Shown here piece after piece: positions 27,901-36,028 of a stretch of 64,000 bases of DNA (position 1 is its first letter; each line of letters opens with the position of its first letter). Location of the stretch: positions 28,208-92,207 of the forward strand of contig JBDKUO010000067.1 of NCBI GenBank assembly GCA_039679645.1. Direction: 5' to 3'. The DNA comes from Armatimonadota bacterium (GTDB lineage Bacteria; Armatimonadota; UBA5829). The notes under the pieces are model-generated. The model was given only the letters and a program-made list of their open reading frames with translations. It was not told the DNA's origin and made no database searches. A program made the translations under genes and the position numbers.

Positions 27901-28772
27901 CCCTCGCTTACAAACTCATGAAACGCGGGATCATCGCGCAGGTCTCTATGGAATGCGACTACGAATCGGGCGAGTGTTCCGTCTGTGGCAAGAAGGTGAC
28001 AAACAAAAGCGACTACTGCATCCATCTCCGAAAATCCAAGGGCGGCGAGTATCAGGGTAAGCCGGTCTTCGAGATTTTGCACGGTGTCACATTTACTGGC
28101 CTTGGACTTTTGGATCGTAAGGGTGCGGATGAGAACGCACGCATAACACAAGTTGCCTCGGACATGACGGGGCACACAACTTCAGGAGGCGACTCAGTGG
28201 ACGATGATAAGAAAGACCAGTTGACAGACGAGCAGCGCGAAGAGGCTGCCAAGAAGAAGGACTCCGGCGGCGGGGGTGCTTCGATGGATGACAAGGCTCG
28301 GATAAAAGAGCTTGAAGACGAAAACAAGCAGCTCAAGCAGCAGGTTTCAGACATGCAGAAGCAGATTGCTGAACTTGAAGCCGAAAGCAAGGCTGTCGCA
28401 AACAAGTCTCGCGCCGCGAAACTCATAGACAAGCTCGAAAAGTCAGGCATGAGCTTCGCCTCTGACGATGAGCGCGAGAAGGAGCTGGGTCGCCTTTCTG
28501 AACTTTCGGACGATGCATTCGCTGCAACCGAAGCTGCATATGATCGTGCTATCAGCACAAAACCGGCTGATTCAAAGTCGTCTGAGGCAGACGGCGCGGG
28601 CGACAAAGGCAAATCTGAATCCAAATCGGATCAGACTGACAAGCAGATGCGGACTGACGCAGGTGTGCGCCCTCTTGATGTGGACGACAAAAAGACCAGC
28701 CTTGAGGACAAGCTGCGCGACGGGTTCATGGTCGCATATCGAGATCGCGTAGGCGCGGGTCAGAGCAAATAA
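24939..28772 (+). CDS. 1277-aa protein: two tandem Dam-like (D12 class) N6-adenine DNA methyltransferase domains plus C-terminal Cys-cluster, coiled-coil and acidic tail (protease/scaffold-like) region
   Basis: Domain 1: YIGSKQKLVDWI, DAFCGSA (motif I), YFDPPYATEF (motif IV). Domain 2: FMGNKYVMLGWI, DAFSGGA, YLDPPYITEF. C-terminus: SMECDYESGECSVCGKKV, coiled coil KELEDENKQLKQQVSDMQKQIAELEAE, acidic/lysine-rich tail. Sits between MuF and capsid genes where scaffold/protease is expected. Confidence 0.7.
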   Translation: MQLFATDLDRLAFLLETDASRHLELLLAQAAELITEELPEDKRPKYITNYIGSKQKLVDWIWKNTPEDVGSVLDAFCGSAVVAYMYKTKGLCVLANDRLHYSYHAARAIIENDSVRISQDELDGLLADNPKAGTFVRDNFKGLFFASGVHAIIDTIRANINKLDGFKKDIALFALGKTCLSGKGGFGHFSSSTNYGKFQDSPEEFRNRFADNIARINALIFNNGKECKAYRKDINDVLSDARVELAYFDPPYATEFSTTNYEKSYHFIEGLMTYWDGLEINTDSKTRHYETDHKSVTKANANEFFGTFLANARHIPNWLISYRDHAYPNESEMKGIISVNGMSSRMQSQKHRYSISSKYSENSDAVERLFICSRAKEMKQAASVRPACSQMQTQAEWDETANEIRYRVRDPEQFQPDSIRRKALEGVDGISIITGRLKEEFVPDGHDPKSMVLQSYRFAKKTDDNAYGWTMEKAKQWITEHELEASKAEVRIEDNMQALADAPFAESLDLLSCQAGTDDPVKVTGFMGNKYVMLGWIERQVPKDAKTVLDAFSGGANVAYHLKRRGMKVIANDLLLYPYHIARAVVENSHETLSNEDIERILAPNSNAGTFIVDNFHGYYYTKKVLAWLDQVWSNIQKLSGYKKDLALAALGNTVKAKSMFGQFHRSKINLKADMDADAGIKENQLVSIPVTHMVESFRRYASQLNKLVFDNGQECKAFCGDAVEAVRKYGADVLYLDPPYITEFSNNDYEFSLHFVEGLMNRWADKELLNDNRRSYKSRTHYDRDSIRSLIDNLASEARGKYETVIMSYRDRAFPTEKEIKDMFAQRFGHVRVRGMDVEYGIVLGKGSEGKTARELLFVASNSGRVPKSTAASLAANCHTSIPVEVAISGDSSLSASAVDINPNAGDPQFGFIMCRAGTNKNGDHFTADELASRYTTAINKKIDLKHSQDLTDIVGGIIASEFVEDETGGRVECAGELYVADSPTAALAYKLMKRGIIAQVSMECDYESGECSVCGKKVTNKSDYCIHLRKSKGGEYQGKPVFEILHGVTFTGLGLLDRKGADENARITQVASDMTGHTTSGGDSVDDDKKDQLTDEQREEAAKKKDSGGGGASMDDKARIKELEDENKQLKQQVSDMQKQIAELEAESKAVANKSRAAKLIDKLEKSGMSFASDDEREKELGRLSELSDDAFAATEAAYDRAISTKPADSKSSEADGAGDKGKSESKSDQTDKQMRTDAGVRPLDVDDKKTSLEDKLRDGFMVAYRDRVGAGQSK

Positions 28773-28791
28773 ACACTGGAGGTGTTGTAAA

Positions 28792-29154
28792 GTGTCGTTT
28801 CTTAATCCAAATCATCGTGGTCTCGCGTATGGCGATGGCTATTTGCAGGGCGTGGGTTCGTGCGGCCAGTTCGTGAAACTGGTCGGGAACGACTTGTTCG
28901 CCGTCAATACAGACCCGCAGGCCAAAAGCTTTGGCACGCTGGCGAAGGATTATAAAGCGGGCGATATGCCCGGCATTTTCTGCATGGGTGGCGTGTACGA
29001 AACCGACGTCTACGAAGGCACCATCAATGCAAATGACGATCTTAAGGTTTCGGCGAACGGCAAGCTCACCTCGGGTGTCGCAGAGGGCGATGAGGTCGTG
29101 GCCAGGGCGATATCAATGTCGGCGGGGACACTGAAGTTCCGCCTGCTTATCTAG
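28792..29154 (+). CDS. Small capsid-associated protein (DUF2190-like, possible decoration/head fibre)
   Basis: 120 aa Gly-rich beta-type protein directly upstream of major capsid gene; family call from memory. Confidence 0.35.
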   Translation: MSFLNPNHRGLAYGDGYLQGVGSCGQFVKLVGNDLFAVNTDPQAKSFGTLAKDYKAGDMPGIFCMGGVYETDVYEGTINANDDLKVSANGKLTSGVAEGDEVVARAISMSAGTLKFRLLI

Positions 29155-29168
29155 GAAGAGGAGAAGAC

Positions 29169-30029
29169 GTGGAAACGAAAATAGATGTGCATAGCCAGCA
29201 ATATATGGAGGCCATGGCTCGCCTCATGAGCGAGGCATTGGAGTCTCCTGATGGGATGCGTGCTCTTGCAGCGGCAATTGCCGATCCAATCGAGCAGGAA
29301 ATAAAGCGTAAGGAGATTACGTCGCTCCTCCTCACTCAGCACACTTTGCCTAAGGGCGAACGGCCAATCTATCAGAAAAAGCCCAAGGTTAAGGCTTATT
29401 GGATAAGCACAGAAGGTGAGGCGCGAGAGCAGGAGCTTGGGCTTGAGGAAGTCGAGTTCCCTACAAATCGACTTCATTCTACGCCTATGGTTGACATTGG
29501 CGTGCTCAAGAATGGCAACATCGGCACGCTTATGGACATCCAGACATCTGCAGCCGACCAGATTCGAAAAGAGCTGGACAGGCGCACGCTCACCGTGCTT
29601 TCGGCTGCGGTTCCTGCCGCAAACACCATTGAGGTCACGGGCGGCAAGCTCACCGATGATGCCTTGAACGAAGCCATTTCGATAATCGAGGACCTTGAGC
29701 TCTCGGTTAAATACATCGTCATGCGAGGACGGCTGTTCAACGATATGCGCGACTGGGACCTCGACCCGGAGACCCGTGCAGAACTGCGGACCAAGGGTGT
29801 CATTAAGAACTACGGCACCGGTGGCATTATGCTTACCGCGTCGGCTGAGATGGACGAGATTCTGCTTGTGCCGGATGAGGAGATCGGAAAGATGCCTGTG
29901 CGTGAGTCACTTAAGACTGAGGCAATCGAGCAGAAGACGCGCTTTAAGACCGGGTGGCTCGTATGGTCTGAAATCGGTCAGGGAGTAACTCGGCCCGACA
30001 TTCTCGCCAAAATCAAGATTCTTGCGTAA
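29169..30029 (+). CDS. Major capsid protein (probable)
   Basis: 286-aa ORF after scaffold-position gene and decoration-like gene; no motif-level proof. Confidence 0.5.
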   Translation: METKIDVHSQQYMEAMARLMSEALESPDGMRALAAAIADPIEQEIKRKEITSLLLTQHTLPKGERPIYQKKPKVKAYWISTEGEAREQELGLEEVEFPTNRLHSTPMVDIGVLKNGNIGTLMDIQTSAADQIRKELDRRTLTVLSAAVPAANTIEVTGGKLTDDALNEAISIIEDLELSVKYIVMRGRLFNDMRDWDLDPETRAELRTKGVIKNYGTGGIMLTASAEMDEILLVPDEEIGKMPVRESLKTEAIEQKTRFKTGWLVWSEIGQGVTRPDILAKIKILA

Positions 30030-30031
30030 GT

Positions 30032-30394
30032 ATGGTTGCTTGGGAGGTAGCCGTGATTAAAGTTAAAAATGTGAGACCAGGGACACTTATACTCGCTGAC
30101 GCAAAGCTCAAGCTCGCGCCAGGCGAGACTGCTGAAGTGGAGAACCTTACTGCTCAGATGCAGAGGTGCATCGATGATGGTCTGCTTGCACGGATAGACC
30201 CTGAGCCGGAGGCCAAATCTAAGCCCAAGCCAAGTTCGCGTAGTTCAGCGGCAAAGACCGAGGCTAAGGAGCGTGCGCCCAGGACCAGTGGCAACGACGG
30301 CAGCGGTATTGCTGATTCAAATGCCGGGACCAATGGCGATAAGGCGACAACTGCGAGTGGAAGTTCATCAGAACTTCCGGGAGCCAATGAATGA
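30032..30394 (+). CDS. Hypothetical protein with low-complexity Ser/Gly/Ala-rich C-terminus
   Basis: ORF only. Confidence 0.3.
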   Translation: MVAWEVAVIKVKNVRPGTLILADAKLKLAPGETAEVENLTAQMQRCIDDGLLARIDPEPEAKSKPKPSSRSSAAKTEAKERAPRTSGNDGSGIADSNAGTNGDKATTASGSSSELPGANE

Positions 30395-30837
30395 CAATAG
30401 CGGATCTCGCCGTCCTGCTGCGCACGGATCTGGCCGACCCGAATGCTGAGAGGTTCAGCGATGAAGTGCTTACTCGATGTGTTCTGAGAAGCATTTATCC
30501 TGTTGGTTGGGACCTTGAAGTGAAGATGGTTGTGGTGGAAGGAGTAATCGACCCCACGCCGGACGACATCACTCAGGAGATGATTCTCCTTCAGGCCAGG
30601 ATCGAAGCGTGCCGATTTATGCGGGCGGCCACGGCTAACGCGTTCTCGTTCTCCTCCGGCGATAAAAAGGTCGACAAGACAAGCCGGCCCGAGCATTGGG
30701 CGAAGCTTGAGGAGGACTTGAACGCGGCATACCGTGAGCGGCTAAACGATATCCGACCGGGTGCAGGCGATGATGATATTCTCACTCCCGACCTCACGCC
30801 GGTCATCTATGGGCACAGGCATAGACATTGTCACTGA
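30391..30837 (+). CDS. Head-tail connector (gp6-like) protein
   Basis: MTIADLAVLLRTDLADPNAE...LTRCVLRSI pattern typical of gp6-like connector; position. Confidence 0.45.
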   Translation: MTIADLAVLLRTDLADPNAERFSDEVLTRCVLRSIYPVGWDLEVKMVVVEGVIDPTPDDITQEMILLQARIEACRFMRAATANAFSFSSGDKKVDKTSRPEHWAKLEEDLNAAYRERLNDIRPGAGDDDILTPDLTPVIYGHRHRHCH

Positions 30838-31190
30838 TGTCGGACTCTGAAAAGATATCTGCCGCAGCGGATGTTCGTGAGCTTATTGAGTCGTGTGGCC
30901 AGGAAGCAATTCTCCTGCGTAAGCAGGCTGGCGAGCAGCTTTATGGCTCTGACGACGAATCCTTTTCGGAGTTGTGCGCTTTCAAGCTGGAGTTCGTGCG
31001 CACACCCCCTGAGGATATCGCAAACAGAATAGACGCTGTATCCAGTGTTCTTCCGGACCTGGATGTGAGATCAGGGGATCGTGTTCAGATAGGCAGCGGC
31101 AATTTCCGGGTGCAGACAGTTGTTGAGCAGTTACTGTTTGGTGTCGTTACGCACAAGACCTTGAAACTGGTGAGACTGCATGGGAGTTAA
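30828..31190 (+). CDS. Head-tail joining/neck protein (hypothetical)
   Basis: Position in neck region only. Confidence 0.3.
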   Translation: MSLMSDSEKISAAADVRELIESCGQEAILLRKQAGEQLYGSDDESFSELCAFKLEFVRTPPEDIANRIDAVSSVLPDLDVRSGDRVQIGSGNFRVQTVVEQLLFGVVTHKTLKLVRLHGS

Positions 31191-31668
31191 GCGATTCGGT
31201 GATTGGGAGAAAGCAAAGGCTAGACTCGCCGGTAATCCGGGAATGCGTCTCACTCTGGCCATCCGGCAGGCTACTATCAAAAATGCCTTGCTTCTTGTTC
31301 GGGAGATTAAGCGAGGGATACGCGACCAGGCACCGGGCGGCAAGCAGTTCACTCCGCTTGCACAGGTTACTATCGAGCGCAAGGGGTCTTCGAAGGCTTT
31401 GATAGATACTGGATTTCTAATTAATAGCATCACTCAGAAGATTATGGCCGACCAGGCGTTTATCGGCCTGCTGCGGACCAGTGCTTACAAGAACGGAGAA
31501 AGTCTGGCCAATGTTGCAGCGGTGATGGAATATGGAGCGACGATCCAGCAGCCCAATGGTGCGGTAATAGTGATTCCTCCAAGGCCGTTTCTGCACCCGA
31601 CGATGGAGAAGTATCGGGATGATGTGATCGAGAACTACCGGCAGGTGCTGGCTTCAGTTTTCAACTGA
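31180..31668 (+). CDS. Neck/tail completion protein (hypothetical)
   Basis: Position only. Confidence 0.3.
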   Translation: MGVKRFGDWEKAKARLAGNPGMRLTLAIRQATIKNALLLVREIKRGIRDQAPGGKQFTPLAQVTIERKGSSKALIDTGFLINSITQKIMADQAFIGLLRTSAYKNGESLANVAAVMEYGATIQQPNGAVIVIPPRPFLHPTMEKYRDDVIENYRQVLASVFN

Positions 31669-31683
31669 AAGGAAGATTAAGCA

Positions 31684-32118
31684 ATGAAATACATACTCTC
31701 AATAATCCTGATCATTACATTGACCGGGATCGGGCAAGCAGATTCGCTGCAGGTACGGACTACATCGGCACCGGTGGTCGTAAAGCGCGGCGAGGTTATC
31801 GCGATGAGCGTGAACCTGAAGAACATCCTCACCCCGCGCGAACCTGTCACCATTAATGCCCAAATCGAGTGGGAAGACGAATATGGAGCCGCACAGACAT
31901 CTTCGGATAGCGCGACCATAAACATAGTGCAGCCTGTGAATGTCACGAGATACAAGGTGGCTATCCCCGCTCTTTTTGATTTTGTGGCTGGCAGTGCGGT
32001 AGTAGACGGCCAGTCGATCACTCCTACATACAGTAGTGGTTCTTTGGTTTTGGAAGTAGGTCGAACACTGCTCGAAGGTGAATCGATGATACTCGGATAC
32101 GCAGTAAAGGCTCAATAG
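31684..32118 (+). CDS. Secreted small protein with N-terminal signal peptide, embedded in structural module
   Basis: MKYILSIILIITLTGIGQA followed by D; 144 aa; beta-rich. Confidence 0.5.
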   Translation: MKYILSIILIITLTGIGQADSLQVRTTSAPVVVKRGEVIAMSVNLKNILTPREPVTINAQIEWEDEYGAAQTSSDSATINIVQPVNVTRYKVAIPALFDFVAGSAVVDGQSITPTYSSGSLVLEVGRTLLEGESMILGYAVKAQ

Positions 32119-32651
32119 TGGATATTCTGCGCGAAGTGGTGGAAGCGCTCATTCGGCTCGCAAAGTCAGAGGTCGACCCCAGCGTGGTGCTGATCTCCGC
32201 TGATGATATGTTCGAGGTGACAAAGACACCCAGCGTGGTATTGCAGGGTCCGACACTTACAGAAGACAGCGACCGTCGAACACAAACGTCGTTGGTCAAT
32301 CGCAATGAAACGGACCTGACCTTTGAGCAGTGCAGGTATCCGAGGTTATATCATCTCGACTTTGACATTATCGTTACGACGGCCAGGGAAAGCGAGCTGT
32401 TGGATCTGACTGAGAAGATTGCCAGGTTCTATCAGCTTCATCCATTACTTTCAGTTGGGGATCACTGGACTGTGAACCTGACAGAGCTTACTGCGCTTGG
32501 CGGTCTCAAGCGAGTAAACCTGTCGAACCTGCGGCAGGCATCGGGTAGGTGCCGGATCGAGGACTTCCCTGTGTATGACAGCCGCGTCCAGTCCGGCAAG
32601 CTCGTGGCCGAAGTCACGATAGAGACTATTCCAATGGAGGACGAACAGTGA
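32118..32651 (+). CDS. Hypothetical tail protein
   Basis: Position upstream of sheath. Confidence 0.3.
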   Translation: MDILREVVEALIRLAKSEVDPSVVLISADDMFEVTKTPSVVLQGPTLTEDSDRRTQTSLVNRNETDLTFEQCRYPRLYHLDFDIIVTTARESELLDLTEKIARFYQLHPLLSVGDHWTVNLTELTALGGLKRVNLSNLRQASGRCRIEDFPVYDSRVQSGKLVAEVTIETIPMEDEQ

Positions 32652-32920
32652 TTGAAATACGTAACCTGACATTCCAGCCTCTTGCGCTTCATCTGGCTGG
32701 TGACGCCGGTGGCATTCATTTGAGATCGCGGGAGATAAAGGCTATCGCAGCCGAACAGTTTTCGGACGAGATACGCATGGCTGCGGAGCGTGGGTTCGTG
32801 TCGATTTCTGATGTCCCTGTAAGAACACAACCCGATCCACGCGTGGAAACGGCGAATAACGAACACATAGCTGAACCAATGGTCGACCAGGCCAAGCCCA
32901 GAAAGCGGAGGGAACGATGA
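32648..32920 (+). CDS. Hypothetical protein
   Basis: ORF coupled to neighbours by 4-nt overlaps. Confidence 0.25.
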   Translation: MIEIRNLTFQPLALHLAGDAGGIHLRSREIKAIAAEQFSDEIRMAAERGFVSISDVPVRTQPDPRVETANNEHIAEPMVDQAKPRKRRER

Positions 32921-34752
32921 CATCATACCTTTCACCCGGGGTTTACACTCGGGAAACGGATTTCAGCTTCTACGTGAAGCAAATCTCGACATCCTCGTGT
33001 GGGATGGTCGGTATCGCTCAGAAAGGTCCCATCAACCAGCCTATACTGGTCACAAGTTGGGAGCAGTTCGTGCGCAGCTTTGGTTCATACATTCAGGATG
33101 GATACCTCGCCTATGCTGCGCGGCTCTTCTTCGATAACGGTGGGCAGGTTCTTTACGTGAACCGTGTGGCTCATTACGAGAGCGGCAGTCTGGCTGCGAA
33201 GAAGTCGTTGGTCACGCTCAAGAATAGACGATCCGTCGCCGGAACACTTTCTACCGGCGCACTCGGAATTGACAGAATTGTCTGGACTGCGAAAACGGCT
33301 GGCGCAGCGGGGAACAACATAACCATTGCGCTGGTCGCAACCGGCAATGATACACCGCTTTCGGTCGAGGTAACCGGCCAGGCAATCACAGTTCATCTTG
33401 CCACGGATAGTTCCGGGGATGTTACAAGCACAGCCGCAGACGTAATCACGGCTGTCACCGAACATATCGGCGCTTCGGCTCTGGCTGGAGCGGTGTCGAC
33501 AGATAGTGGGATTGTTACCCCGGCCGCCGTCTCCAATCTCACTGGCGGACAGGATTCACAGGATACTCTGACAATCAGTGCGATAAACGAGGGTGCCTGG
33601 GGCGATGATATAAGCATCGAGGTTCTGGATGGAACGGTCGACCCAGCCGCAGAGTTCGACATCATAGTTCGATACAAGGGCGAGGCTGTCGAAATGTTCA
33701 GAAACCTTGGCGTGGATGAGTCAAAGTCCAATCACATTGAACTTATCGTGAATGAACGCTCCGATTACATCACTGTGGAGGACCTTGCACCGGCATCCAA
33801 TGGCGCGATGGATCGTCCTGCGGTAGGCTCGTCAGTTCTTACTGGTGGTGATGACGGTCTCACTGGTATCAGCGATACCGACTACATCGGTGAATCGTCC
33901 AGGCATACCGGGGTCTATGCTTTTGATGAAATAGATGCTCTCAATATTCTGGCAATCCCCGGTGTCACAACCGCACCTGTGATAGCAGGTGGAATCTCCT
34001 ACGCCGAGTCTAGAAAAGACCTGCTGTTTATAGCAGAAACTCCAATACATCTCGAACCTGCCGAAGCAGTGGAGTTTCGCAAGGGCGAGGGAACTTACAC
34101 TCACGCGGCGTTCGACTCTTCGTACGCCGCGCTTTATTATCCCTGGCTGGAAATAACTGACCCACTCACAAGTAAGAGTAAGGTCATACCTCCGACCGGC
34201 GCTGTCGCAGGATGCATCGCCCGCTCTGACCAAAAGAGCGACGTATGGAATGCACCGGCTGGAATAGACCGTGGCCGGATATATGGAGTGGTTTCTCTCT
34301 CGTATAACACCAGCCGTGCCGAACGCGACGTGCTGTATCCAGAGGGAATCAATGTCATAGCATCCTTCCCAGATACCGGAATCGACATCTGGGGACAAAA
34401 GACTCTGCAGTCTCAATCGTCGGCAACAGATCGTATCAACGTTCGCCGCCTGATGATGTATATCGAAGAGGCTATCTCGCAGTCTGCACGATTCGTAGTC
34501 TTTGAACCCAACAACTCCTTCACGTGGCGGGCGCTGGTCAGGTTCATTACTCCATTCCTGCAGAATATCAAGAGCAGGGGTGGATTCTACGATTTTCGTG
34601 TTCAGTGCGATGGTGAGACCAACACTGCCGCGATGATTGACCAGAACCAACTGGTCTGCCGGATATTTGTGAAGCCAACCAGGACTGCCGAGTTCGTGGA
34701 ACTCAGTTTCGTTCTTACCGCCACCGGCGCGAACTTCACGGAGGTGCTCTAG
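32917..34752 (+). CDS. Contractile tail sheath protein
   Basis: N-terminus MTSYLSPGVYTRETDFSF...GMVGIAQKGPINQPILVTSWEQF typical of phage sheath; 611 aa; followed by tube gene. Confidence 0.85.
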   Translation: MTSYLSPGVYTRETDFSFYVKQISTSSCGMVGIAQKGPINQPILVTSWEQFVRSFGSYIQDGYLAYAARLFFDNGGQVLYVNRVAHYESGSLAAKKSLVTLKNRRSVAGTLSTGALGIDRIVWTAKTAGAAGNNITIALVATGNDTPLSVEVTGQAITVHLATDSSGDVTSTAADVITAVTEHIGASALAGAVSTDSGIVTPAAVSNLTGGQDSQDTLTISAINEGAWGDDISIEVLDGTVDPAAEFDIIVRYKGEAVEMFRNLGVDESKSNHIELIVNERSDYITVEDLAPASNGAMDRPAVGSSVLTGGDDGLTGISDTDYIGESSRHTGVYAFDEIDALNILAIPGVTTAPVIAGGISYAESRKDLLFIAETPIHLEPAEAVEFRKGEGTYTHAAFDSSYAALYYPWLEITDPLTSKSKVIPPTGAVAGCIARSDQKSDVWNAPAGIDRGRIYGVVSLSYNTSRAERDVLYPEGINVIASFPDTGIDIWGQKTLQSQSSATDRINVRRLMMYIEEAISQSARFVVFEPNNSFTWRALVRFITPFLQNIKSRGGFYDFRVQCDGETNTAAMIDQNQLVCRIFVKPTRTAEFVELSFVLTATGANFTEVL

Positions 34753-35210
34753 TGGATGTGACTATGCCTCAAAGCCTTTACCAGAACTGGCAGTTTGCAA
34801 TTGAGATAAACGGCTTTGATGTCGCTCTTTTTCGAAAAGGCCAGGAACCCAAGACTGAGTTCGAGGAAGTTGCATTTTCACCCGCTGGCTCGATGTTCGA
34901 CCAGAAAGTCGCGGGCCGAGTGAAGTTCGACGATATTACCCTCGAAAAGGGCGTGCTTGCAAACGGCTCAGACGAAGCTGCGCGCGACTGGGTGAAGCTT
35001 CAGACCAATGTGAACCTCAATACCGGTGCGCTGCCGGATCAGTATATGAGGGATATCGACATCGTTCGCTACGACCGGTCCGGAAACGAGACCCGCCGCT
35101 GGACTCTGCATGGTGCGTGGATTAAGACTCTCGAATATGACGAACTCGAGGGCGGCAGTTCTGACAACACTATCGAGAAGATCAGCATAACCTATCAATA
35201 TTGGAGTTAG
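34752..35210 (+). CDS. Tail tube protein
   Basis: 152 aa immediately after sheath; tube-like size and composition. Confidence 0.7.
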   Translation: MDVTMPQSLYQNWQFAIEINGFDVALFRKGQEPKTEFEEVAFSPAGSMFDQKVAGRVKFDDITLEKGVLANGSDEAARDWVKLQTNVNLNTGALPDQYMRDIDIVRYDRSGNETRRWTLHGAWIKTLEYDELEGGSSDNTIEKISITYQYWS

Positions 35211-35214
35211 CGAT

Positions 35215-35892
35215 ATGTATACATTTACTATACCAAGCAGGTCAGATATTGATATTCGAGAGATGACCGGCGTCGAAGAAGAACTACTGACGAACCAAAA
35301 GCTCATTCGATCCGGTGACGCCGTAAACCAGGTACTTGCTAATTGTATATTACGCATCGGTGAAAGTGACGACGTTTCGACCAAACAGGTGCTGGATATG
35401 CTCTCGGGCGACAGGCTGTTCGTGTTGGTGAAGCTCCGGCAGATATCACTCGGCGACGAAGTCGAGCTGGAACTCACTTGTCCCAATCCTGCGTGCCGCG
35501 CAAAGAATCGGGCTGTGGTCAATCTGGACGATTTGACCGTCAATCCTTATCCGGACGAGAGAGAGTTTGTGTTCACACTCCCGTCGTCTGGAGCAAAGGT
35601 GCGTTTCTGCTATCTCGATGGCCATAAAGAAAAGCGCCTGTCTCAAATGCAGGAGCCATCTATTACTGCTGCTATGCTTATCCGTATTTTGGATGTCGAC
35701 GGCAACCCGCCATCCAAAAAGGTTCTGGCCGAGATGTCTATGCGCGACCGCAGTGCGCTCAGGGCTGAAATGCTTCGTGTAGACGCTGGTATAGACACAT
35801 CCATTGAGTGCGACTGTGATTCGTGTGGCGCTCGAATCCGGAGTCGCCTGGAGGCTGAACCCTCTTTTTTATTCCCAGGAGTTCGGTTGTGA
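35215..35892 (+). CDS. Tail assembly chaperone (upstream ORF of frameshift pair); frameshift product would extend to 36032
   Basis: Position between tube and tape measure; slippery heptamer T_TTT_TTA at 35865-35871 in correct register; -1 frame open to 36032. Confidence 0.5.
   Translation: MYTFTIPSRSDIDIREMTGVEEELLTNQKLIRSGDAVNQVLANCILRIGESDDVSTKQVLDMLSGDRLFVLVKLRQISLGDEVELELTCPNPACRAKNRAVVNLDDLTVNPYPDEREFVFTLPSSGAKVRFCYLDGHKEKRLSQMQEPSITAAMLIRILDVDGNPPSKKVLAEMSMRDRSALRAEMLRVDAGIDTSIECDCDSCGARIRSRLEAEPSFLFPGVRL
35865..35871 (+). other. Candidate -1 programmed ribosomal frameshift site (T_TTT_TTA)
   Basis: Zero-frame codons TTT(35866-68) TTA(35869-71) preceded by T35865; -1 frame IPRSSVVRDAFF...QELRK* open to stop at 36030-36032 which overlaps tape measure ATG 36029. 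Confidence 0.5.
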
Positions 35893-36028
35893 GAGATGCG
35901 TTCTTCCTTGCTTACGGCGGTCTGCACTGGGAATACGCGCAGGTCGCGGGGCTGCCATTGCGTATCCGGCATGAATTTGTCGAGGCTCTGGAAAAGCAGT
36001 TGGATTTTGAAAGGCAGGAACTGCGCAA

